DNA from: the human T2T-CHM13v2.0 reference genome, Homo sapiens
Assembly (NCBI RefSeq): GCF_009914755.1
Contig: NC_060931.1
Length of the DNA stretch: 64,000 nucleotides
Reading direction: 5' to 3' (one strand)
Shown here: positions 52,986 to 64,000 of the stretch, piece by piece
Layout of the letters: each line of letters starts with the position of its first letter
Numbering within the stretch: position 1 is the first letter of the stretch
The notes under the pieces: model-generated
The model's input: the letters and a program-made list of their open reading frames with translations, nothing else
What the model was told of the DNA's origin: nothing
The model's database searches: none
Position numbers and translations under genes: made by a program

Positions 52986-54224
52986 AATCAGATTTGTTAA
53001 TTAACACAAAACAAAATGATGACAGCAAACATCAACTTCCACTTCAAACAGAATGTAAACCAGCAGAGAATGAGGTTTACATGTGTTTGTATGTATCAGT
53101 TCCCTTTAGAATTGCTTCACTTATGCAGGCCAGGCAGAGTAAATCCGATTGAACTTATGGAATACTATTTGATCCATAAGTTCTATCAAGTAGAAAAAGC
53201 AACAAAATAGGCATCAGACAATTAAAGCTTCCATTCCATCTTGGCAGCTAACTCATGGTCTATAGCAGATCACCTCACCTTTCTGGATCTGTCTCTTATC
53301 TGTACAATTCAGAGGATAGGCTAAATAATATCTAAGACCCCTCTAACACCCACATTTCATGCGTTACATTTACCACAACATTTCTTCTATTATTCATTTG
53401 GAATCTACTAAGCAGCTAGGCCAGAGGAAATTCAATAAATGTGTATGTTCTTCTGCCAAACTGCTAGGATGCTAGGGGCACACATTAAACAACATTTGGA
53501 AATAACCGTGTGTATGTGACACCTGGATGCCAGGGGCAGACACTGTGTGGCAGCAGCGTTCCTTCTCTGCCTGACTTGGCACCAGCAGTGGGTTTGCAAC
53601 TACTAGAACAGAGCCTAAGCCTTAGCAATATTCGCTGGGCTGCCTCCTGAACCTCATACCACCTGGCAAACTCAAATAGGTAAGATTGGGGCTGCAAGGG
53701 GCCACTTTTCTAAAATAACCTCAACTCATTGCTGCTAACCAATAATCAGGCATGTTCATCCTGTTTATGTTTCTTTACAGAAGCTGGTACAATTACATCA
53801 TACGGACATTTAACTTATGCAAACTCAACTGCCCAAGGTGATGGAGGGAGAGAGATAATTTCAGTAGTACCCAGGGCTCCACTTACTCCACAAGAAAGCC
53901 TGAGACCGGAGGCATACATCAGCTCTCCTCTTGATCTGTCTCATCTCCCACATACCCTCACAGAGTGAGCATCTTTTCCCAGTGAATGGAACTCTAGTGG
54001 TTGAACTTATACAAGATTCATTCACAAACCTTTAAATGAAAGCCAGCACTTTCATCTAGTGCTCAACTAAAGAAAACTACTGACCCAGAATGGAAAAAAA
54101 AACTAGCAGTGCTGGACTCAAAAGAATAATTTTGAACAAAAGAAATGTTTACCTTACATGCTGATTTTAAAACTAAATCCTTAAGATGCAACTCTACTAT
54201 ATTCTAAGAAAAATAGAATTTGGA

Positions 54225-54527
54225 GGCTAGGCATGGTGGCCTGTAAACCCAGCACTTTGGAAGGCCAAGTCGGGTGGATCACCTGAGGTCAGGAGTTCAA
54301 GACCGGCCTGACCAATATGGTGAAACCCCGTCTCTACTAAAAAAACAAAAATTAGCTGGGTGTGGTGGTGGGCACCTGTGGTCCCAGCTACTCAGGAGGC
54401 TGAGGCAGGAGAATTGCTTGAACCGGGGAGGCGGACGTTGCAGTGAGCCGAGATAGCACCACTGAACTCCAGCCTGGGCGACAGAGCAAGCCTCCCTCTC
54501 AAAAAACAAAAAACAGAGAGAGAAAAA
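54225..54527 (+). mobile_element. AluS (Sq/Sp-like)
   Basis: 19-bp TSD aagaaaaatagaatttgga at 54206-54224 and 54528-54546. Confidence 0.95.
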
Positions 54528-55060
54528 AAGAAAAATAGAATTTGGAAAATCACTTAAGGGATAAAAATTACTTTCTAAAGAAATCTTCCACAATGGGTCA
54601 CTGGTAATGAAAGTACAACAGAACACTCAGCCCTTTACAACATCCCAGTTTTCCCCAAACCCGTAGTGAGGGAATTCTTGAAAACCTTCAGCCTCTGTAC
54701 AAAGCCTCCGGCTTATCTAATCAAGGAAAATAAGTTAAGAGATAAGATCTTGGGAATAACAAATGATAACCTGAGGCCTAAACATGGTAAAAAGGGAAAG
54801 AAGTCTTAGAAGGGAGCAATGGAAAGAAGAGAATGCGCTCAAAGCACGAGTCATCTGAATAGAAAGCAACAGCGCACACAAGATAGGATGGAAATCAGCC
54901 ACCTCAGTGCCGGGATGGAGGTGACTGAAGAGAGACATGCCATCATCTGCCCATTAAAGAAGCCACCCTGAGGCAAAGGCAAAGGCCACAGGAGGGAGGC
55001 AGGGGGTCCTCTTGTCTGACTCAGTCCTCAGGCCTGGCTGGTTTAGACTTAGCTTTGTTC

Positions 55061-56353
55061 TTCTCTGATGGCCAGTGATGATCAGATCTGTTCATGTGTC
55101 TGTTTGGCTACATAAATGTCTTCTTTTGAGAAGTGTCTGTTCATATCCTTCGCCTACTTGTTGATGGGGTTGATTGTTTTTTTCTTGTAAATTTGTTTGA
55201 GTTCATTGTAGATTCTGGATATTAGCCCTTTGTCAGATAAGTAGATTGCAAAAATTTTCTCCCATTCTGTAGGTTGCCTGTTCACTCTGATGACAGTTTC
55301 TTTTGCTGTGCAGAAGCTCTTTAGTTTAATTAGATCCGATTTGTCAATTTTGGTTTTTGTTGCCATTGCTTTTGGTGTTTTAGTCATGAAGTCCTTGCCC
55401 ATGCCTATTCCTGAATGGTATTGCCTAGGTTTTCTTCTAGGGTTTTTTCTTCTAGGGTTTTTATGGTTTTAGGTCTAACATTTAAGTCTTTAATCCATCT
55501 TGAATTAATTTTTGTATAAGGTGTAAGGAAGGGATCCAGTTTCAGCTTTCTACATATGGCTAGCCAGTTTTCCCAGCACCATTTGTTAAATAGGGAATCC
55601 TTTCCCCATTTCTTGTCAAAAACCACAATGAGATACCATCTCATTTAGAATGGCAATCATTAAAAAGTCAGGAAACAACAGGTGCTGGAGAGGATAGGGA
55701 GAAATAGGAACACTTTTACACTGTTGGTGGGACTGTAAACTAGTTCAACCACTGTGGAAGACAGTGTGGCGATTCCTCAGGGATCTAGAACTAGAAATAC
55801 CATTTGACCCAGCCATCCCATTACTGGGTATATACCCAAAGGATTATAAGTCATGCTGCTATAAAGACACACACATACGTATGTTTATTGCAGCACTACT
55901 CACAATAGCAAAGACTTGGAACCAACCCAAATGTCCATCAATGATAGACTGGATTAAGAAAATGTGGCATATATACACCATGGAATACTACGCAGCCATA
56001 AAAAATGATGAGTTCATGTCCTTTGCTGGGACATGGATGAAGCTGGAAACCATCATTCTCAGCAAACTATCACAAGGACAGAAAACCAAACACCACATGT
56101 TCTCACTCATAGGTGGGAACTGAACAATGAGAACACTTGGACACAGGAAGGGGAACATCACACACCCGGGCCTGTTGTGAGGTAGGGGGAGTGGGGAGGG
56201 ATAGCATTAGGAGAAATACCTAATGTAAATAACCAGTTAATGGGTGCAGCACACCAACATGGCACATGTATACATATGTAACAAACCTACACGTTGTGCA
56301 CATGTACCCTAGAACTTAAAGTATAATAAATAAAAATAAAAAATAATAAAAAA
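55061..56353 (+). mobile_element. 5'-truncated, 5'-inverted L1PA (about L1PA4/5): inverted part 55061-55615, sense part 55616-56353
   Basis: ORF2 C-terminal peptides on both strands ([12 protein letters not shown]…, [18 protein letters not shown]…), 3' UTR and A tail. TSD agacttagctt(t)gttc at 55045-55060 and 56354-56368. Confidence 0.95.
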
Positions 56354-56604
56354 AGACTTAGCTTGTTCACATCACTATTTGTGAACAATACTCTGGTATG
56401 GGAAGACCAAAACGAGGCAGAGAGCTCCACAATCCCAAATTCTAGAAACTCCTGTCATACCAGAGTTTTGCTGTCAAGGTACTCAGGAATAGACATGATC
56501 ACCATTGTCAACTTACAATTTTTAACATCCTTTGTCACCTTGAAAGACCTGTAACTATATAATCACACTAGAAAGCCTCACTGCACAGCAATGTGAAGCA
56601 AGTA

Positions 56605-56922
56605 CAATTGTCTCTCAGTATCTGCAAGGGATTGGTTCCACAACTCCCCAAGACCCAAATCCACAAACGCTCAAGTCCCTGATATAAAATGGCATAGTAT
56701 TTGCATATAAACTATGTACCTCCTCCCATACATGTTAAAGCATCTCTAGATTACTTATAATGCCTAATACAATGTAAATGCTATGTAAGTAATTATTATC
56801 CTGTATTTATTTTTTATTTGTATTCTTTTTAGTTGTTATATTGGGGTTTTTTTCTGAATATTTTCAATCCTTGGTTGGTTGAATCTGCAGATGCAGAAGC
56901 CGTGGACACAAAGGGCCAACTG
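56605..56922 (+). mobile_element. MER2 (Tigger-type MITE)
   Basis: TA|caattgtctctcagtatctgcaagggattggttcca…aagggccaactg|TA. Confidence 0.88.
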
Positions 56923-57095
56923 TAGTACAGTTTCTACACAACCTTTTTATTTTTTTATCTTACAGTTAAGGAAACAAGTTGCAGAAAAGTGACCTGCCTG
57001 AAATCCACAAGCTGGAAGAGCTGTCTCATGAACACAGAATTTCTGACTCTTCCCAGGAGAGCTCACCAGGCAGATCCATCTCTAGGTTTGAACCC

Positions 57096-57122
57096 AACAA
57101 CAACAACAACAACAAAAACAAC
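57096..57122 (+). repeat. (AAC)n microsatellite
   Basis: Direct reading. Confidence 0.9.
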
Positions 57123-57471
57123 CTCATAATTCTCGTTTGGTCTTGCCTTCTGGGGAAGTCAGAATATTCTTAACTACCTGGCATGGGTATCCGGCCTGCT
57201 TATGGCTATAGTTATTGTTTTAATTACATATTGCCTTTCTGACTTAAAACTCATCTTACTGTGGGTAGGATTTTCATTAAGGCATCATTTGATCAGATGC
57301 TAGAAAGCTCTTCGCAAGTATTCGAACTGAGGAACTAACTGATCAGATTCCAGACCAGAGGAAAGAGATTCCCACCCTTAAGCCTTTTAAACTGCATGTG
57401 AGTATATTACATGTAAAATCATCTTAATGACAAACATGAGTGACGTCTGATGCCATATTTCTCAGCTATCA

Positions 57472-57786
<315 letters not shown>

Positions 57787-57986
57787 CCCACAACTTTTTT
57801 TTACATATTTAAGGCAGAGGCAGGAATATACCTTAGAAACCAAGGCCCTTAGAAGTTAAAGACACTTTTAGGATCACAAAGCTAACTAGTCATGAGTTAA
57901 GAATAGAATACAGATTATTCTGACTCACATTTTAAAGTTAGCATACTAAGCAATATCTCAATATTCTTAAAAACCTACCTGCAAAT

Positions 57987-58774
57987 GACACATGAAAAAA
58001 TGCTCATCATCATTAGTCATCAGAGAAATGCAAATCAATGCCACAATGAGATACCATCTCACACCAGTTAGAATGGCAATCATTAAAAAGTCAGGAAACA
58101 ACAGGTGCTGGAGAGGATGTGGAGAAATAGGAACACTTTTACACTGTTGGTGGGACTGCAAACTAGTTCAACCACTGTGGAAGGCAGTGTGGCGATTCCT
58201 CAGGGATCTAGAACTAGAAATACCATTTGACCCATCCATCCCATTCCTGGGTATATACCCAAAGGATTATAAATCATCCTACTATAAAGACACATGCACA
58301 CGTATGTTTATTGCAGCACTATTCACAATAGCAAAAATTTGGAACCAACCCAAATGTCCATCAATGATAGACTGGATTAAGAAAATGTGGCACATATACA
58401 CCATGGAATACTATGCAGCCATAAGAAAGGACGAGTTCATGTCCTATGCCAGGACATGGATGAAGCTGGAAACCATCATTCTCAGCAAACTATCTATCAC
58501 AAGGACAGAAAACCAAACACTGCATGTTCTCATTCATAGGTGGGAATTGAACAATGAGAACACTTTGACGCAAGGCGGGGAACAAAATCACACACGGGGG
58601 CCTGTCGTGGGGTGGGGGGCAGGGGGAGGGATAGCATTAGGATAAATACCTAATGTAAACGACGAGTTAATGGGTGCAGCAAACCAACATGGCACATGTA
58701 TACCTATGTAACAAACCTGCACGTTGTGTACATGTACCCTAGAACTTAAAGTATAATAATACTAATTTAAAAAA
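57987..58774 (+). mobile_element. 5'-truncated L1PA (about L1PA4/5) 3' end
   Basis: The 217-aa ORF is the ORF2 C-terminus ([22 protein letters not shown]…). The 3' UTR ends cctagaacttaaagtataat. Confidence 0.95.
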
Positions 58775-59118
58775 GCCATAAAAAGGAATGAGATCATGTC
58801 CTTTGCAGGGACATGGATAGAGCCGGATGTCGTTAACCTCAGCAAACTAACACAGAAACAGAAACTGAAATACCCCATGTTCTCACTTATAAGTGGGAGC
58901 TGAACAATGAGAACACATGGACACATGGGGGGAAACAACACACACTGGGGCCTGCTGGGGGGCTGTCGGGAGGGAGAGCATCAGGAATACTAGCTAATGG
59001 ATGCTGGGCTTAACACCTAGGTGATGGGATGACCTGTGCACATGTTTACCTACGTAACAAACCTGCACATCCTGCACATGTACCCTGGAAATTAAAATAA
59101 AAGTTGAGGGGAAAAAAA
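58775..59118 (+). mobile_element. Older L1PA (L1PA13-15-like) 3' end, probably carried in as a 3' transduction
   Basis: agagcatcaggaatactagctaatggatgctgggcttaa…aataaaagttga. It lies inside the same TSD pair as the upstream L1. Confidence 0.85.
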
Positions 59119-59529
59119 TGCCTAATTAAAGAAAAAAAAAACTTACCTGTAAATAAGAATCCAAAAATAGAAATCCTTAATATGTTATTCCAAACATAAC
59201 ATCACCAACCACCCCACTCCTGCCACCACATACACAGAGACGTATTTAAAAGCATGTATTAACCGTCCATTTGGATGGGCTGATCATCTGCAGAGCTTCT
59301 AAGATGCAATTCCTCTCCAGAGGCATTTACTAATCGAGATGAGTACTGTACTGCAGAGTGGACAAAAGGATATTGCCAGAAATCAAAATAGCTGCATGAA
59401 AATATATTCACGGAAAGTAACAGACAAATATATTAAGCATAAATAACCAAGACACGTAACTCAATTAGTATGGTAAGAGAAATATTTTGCTGAAGTGCTG
59501 GCTTGATCCTTTACACATTTACAATACTA

Positions 59530-59712
59530 TGCAAAGAGAGTGGATGTTAACTGCACTGGCCACAAAAATTATAACTATGTGAGATAAAGCATTTGGTAAT
59601 TAGCTGGATTTAAAAATTCCACAATGTATGATATATACTTCAAAACATCACATTGTACATGATAAATACATACAATGTTATCTATCAATTTAAGAAAATT
59701 TTTAATTAAAAA
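59530..59712 (+). mobile_element. L1MA-type 3' end
   Basis: aagagagtggatgttaa…ataactatgtgagat…ttccacaatgtat…caaaacatcacattgtac, with TSD atttacaata(c/t)ta. Confidence 0.8.
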
Positions 59713-61099
59713 ATTTACAATATTAGCCAGCTATCAATTTATTTTAAATGTTAAATGTTTTGTGATCCTTGCCATTTGTCACTTTGCACAAAATATTCTA
59801 GGCTACAGTAAACAATTAGTGCTTTTTCTAACCGAACAAAAAAGCCTGTTTGCTTTGAAAACTGCATACCACCTGCTATTAATCTGAAACTGAAAACAAG
59901 CAGTGTAATGACAGTTAGCAAGTTAACACCCCCTCCACCTCTTTCCTGAAAGATGAGCATTGAGTACCATTTCATAACCTTTTCAAAATTCTTTTCTAAA
60001 AAGTTCTAAGAAACAGATTTATATTTTACTACTAATAATGACATGAGATTATTAAAACCAAACACGGTGCCCCTGCAGTGTGACAAGACTGGTTTTAGCG
60101 CTGAAGGAATTCCCTCCCCAACCCCCGCCCCAATCTTTTTCCTTTTTTCTTTTTGTCTGGTGTCAGATGAATACGGCAGTAATGATGACATGATCAAGGA
60201 AGAGCTGACAACCAGCTGGAATATTTGTAAAAAAAAGACTGCCTAGCAGGTCTTTGCAGAAAGCTATCTTTTGTCCTCCTGTAGCTTTCTGTCACCTGAG
60301 GTAGCCTGCATCCTCCGGAGATGAAACGTAACATAAAACTATTAATTGATCTACTATCCAAATAGCTCCTGTAACACTTTGGAGAACTTTGCAATTTGGT
60401 GGGTAGAATGGCCAGGACACCAACTTACTCAGCTCTAAACACAAAGCCTGATCTAAGCAGAATACACAATTCATGATCACCCATAAATGACTCTCAGGCA
60501 TTCTGAATGTGTCTCTTCCCACCAGAGGAAATAAACCATACCCTATATACATGCTAACATGTTAAGTTAAATGCTAAAATAATTTACACACCTGAAGAAC
60601 AAAATAAACTTAATATATCTATTCATTTATTGAATAAGCACTCAATGAAAACCTGTGTTGTACAAGACCCTCAGTCACTGAACAAGACAGGACAGACTAC
60701 AATAAATAACTTGTCTATTGCATCTCATTCAATGATCATAAACCACAATCCTAAAGCTCCCATTTACACACAGAGCTATAAAACTACCAAGAATCCATTC
60801 CTGTCTACAGATGCCACGTTTTTCAGGAACTTATAAATTGGGGTAGAGGGCAGTGCACAGCTTGTAAACACAAGCAACCATAATAGAATATAATATACAA
60901 TAAGGACAGTAAATGCTGCCAGGAAAATAAAGGATTTCATCAACTGGACTAGAACTTGAAAGCCAGATGAGTAGGATTTGGATGGGCAGAGATAGGGTCA
61001 AAGGCCATCGCAAGAAAGGGGACAAGAAACAGAGACACAGAGAAGGGAAGAAAGGAGGCCTCAGCAAGCCTATCAGTTGAAGAGGGAATTACAGTAAGA

Positions 61100-61335
61100 G
61101 GGCCAGAAAATAAGTGAGAACTAGTCTGTAGGAAGACTTAACTGGCTAAGAGGTCTGGACTTCATCCTGTAGGCCATGGGGGGGCCGCTAAAGGTTTTTG
61201 AGCACAATGGAAACAGTATTTTAGGAAGATTAATCTTGGTATGTAGGATGGATTAGAAAGAGGGGAGAATGCCAGTAGGGAAACCATTAAAGGGCCTGTT
61301 GAAAGGATCCAAGTGTGATATAACAGGACCTGCAT
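61100..61335. mobile_element. L2 relic
   Basis: ggacttcatcctgtaggccatgggg…aaggtttttgagca…ttttaggaagattaatct. Confidence 0.55.
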
Positions 61336-62414
61336 GTGCTGAATGACAGCTATGTTTCTACCAGCCCTTTCTAAATATCTTCTAAAGGAAAGGTATAAAT
61401 TCTAGTGAGAGGGCAGTGAACTGCAGAACTGAAAAAAACAAACCACGGTCAAAAACCCAGGGAAATGTACAAGAATTAACACAATACATACCATGACTAT
61501 GCCACAGAAAAATCTCCAAATAGAATCACCACCGAAACTAGGCAATTTGAAGATAGGCCACGGATATATTTAAGAGATCAGTCACGCTATTCTAACATAA
61601 AATTAATTAATTAAGGAAAATATAATTAATGAAAGAGAAGGAAATTTGGGACAAATCATTATGAGGTATTAGGAATTGTTTGCTTTAACCATCAGTCTTG
61701 GTCTGCGGTTCAGAATCTGGTGTTTAAGAGAATCATGCTGCCACGGTGCAGGAAAACGTAACTGGGAGTATTCCTGTGTCCAACTTGACAAAAGTACCAA
61801 TGTCCTTCCATCAAAAATTCAAATTTGCAAATTTTAAGTCCTTTACCCTAAATAAGAGGCTACTATATAAAGTCCCAAACCTTAGAAAAATCATGCTGGC
61901 TCTAGATATAAATTTTTAAATGTCTTAATTTTAATATTTGTTCAGATATTTCACTGAGATGTTGTTTAGTATGCCATCTTCAAAATATGAGTCAAAGTAA
62001 CCTGCACTTTCTTCTTATAAGTATCCTTTCATATCTGAGGCCCTTGGTTTTTAAGGCATGGTCTAAAGGTTAAAACTCTAGACTCTCCTCTGATAAAGAC
62101 TCCATCCTCTCCAACAAGCTGCTAAGATACCCGAAGAAGAAAGTCACAAGCATAAGCCCTTGTAAGTACTGGGTCCAGGCCAGGCAGGCTCATTTAGGGT
62201 CCTGTGGACACTTGAACAAAATGGAAGACAGACGCAAAGGAATAGATCCCTGAACTCACGAGTCTGGGGAAAGCTGCTTCTAAATAACAAAGAAGAATAA
62301 TAACTAATAGTTGTGTAGTACTTTAGAATGTTATAAAGTTATCTCATATTTGTTATATCATTTAATTCTCAAAATAATGCTAGGTCTTAATTAAATTCTC
62401 AAAGCTATGTCTAG

Positions 62415-63170
<756 letters not shown>

Positions 63171-63499
63171 TCACAGAAGTGAAAGGGATTGGCACAGTTA
63201 CACAGCCAATAAGTGGTCAAGATGATGTTGTATTTATTTTTTAATCAACTACTCTCTCATTATTAACACAACTACCTTTATCTTCTTCTCTACAAAGCCA
63301 TACCAGGCTCTATTGACCATTTTCTTTTAGAAACTTCATGGCACTTGCAACCTACAGCACACAATTCATTCAGCAATGGTTACAGAGAAACTCCTATGCA
63401 TGAGGCAATGTACAAAGTGTTATTGCTTAGAGGCTGGAGTAAGAATGAGAAAATAATCAGGTATGAGCTTTCCCATGAAAAACTGGTACCAAGCATACA

Positions 63500-63727
63500 C
63501 ACTTGACCCTTGAAACATGGATTTGAACTGAGCAAGTGCACTTATAAGCAGACTTTTTCCAACTCAAAGCAGATCCAAAATACAGTAGTCACAGGATACA
63601 AAACCTAAGCATAAACTTTCTATCCACAAGTTCTGCAGGGCCAACTGTGGGACTTAAATATGCACAGATTTGGATATATTAAGGGCGGCCCTGGAACCCA
63701 TCCACTGTGTATACCTAGGGACAACTG
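63500..63727 (-). mobile_element. MER8 (Tigger-type MITE)
   Basis: ttgacccttgaa…tttgaactg…ctgcagggccaactgtgggactt…ctggaacc…agggacaactg|TA. Confidence 0.82.
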
Positions 63728-64000
63728 TATTTGTACCGGTAAAACTTGCCAAGGGCAGGGGGTATTTCTTTTTATTACTGTATGATCAGAGTCCAGCATA
63801 GTGCCTGCAACTCCATAACAAGTGCCCCCCACATGCTTGATGCATGTCTAGGAGAGCAGAAAGAGTTGCCCTGGCTCCTATACTTGCCTGTATTGTTCAG
63901 GCTCCTGACAGACACAAGTAGGTTTAACTAAATGCATACTCTTTATTCCTTAACTTTCTTATACTAATAAACTATTGGGAATTCAAGCAGATTTTTGACA

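Noticed and set aside
57992-58645. Longest ORF in the window (217 aa)
   Set aside because: It is the C-terminal fragment of L1 ORF2p in a truncated copy and runs into the 3' UTR by frameshift.

Overview
This is eukaryotic genomic DNA from a human or great ape, almost entirely intronic. It lies inside CHCHD3 (MIC19, a MICOS subunit), which is transcribed from the minus strand. Only two coding pieces are present: the constitutive 84-nt exon ARQLEEKDRVLKKQDAFYKEQLARLEER (39166-39249) and an in-frame 15-nt microexon DIEDK (40479-40493) 1.2 kb upstream of it. The rest is intron carrying about 13 Alus, a near full-length Tigger1, a full-length THE1D, solo THE1B/C/D LTRs, an LTR12C, a probable HML-6 LTR3, several L1 3' ends, MER2/8/20/58 elements, and L2/MIR/MLT relics. 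Almost all ORFs in the supplied track are repeat-derived or random. I found no evidence of a new multi-gene system. The best leads are the microexon, an L1 that appears to carry a 3' transduction, a sense-oriented LTR12C that gained a canonical TATA box and lost its proximal GATA site, a candidate unannotated cassette or terminal exon, a ~115-bp dispersed duplication, a 34-bp TPRT-like micro-insertion and two perfect palindromes. Repeat subfamily names are from remembered consensus sequences, not from a RepeatMasker run. Boundaries without TSDs are approximate.
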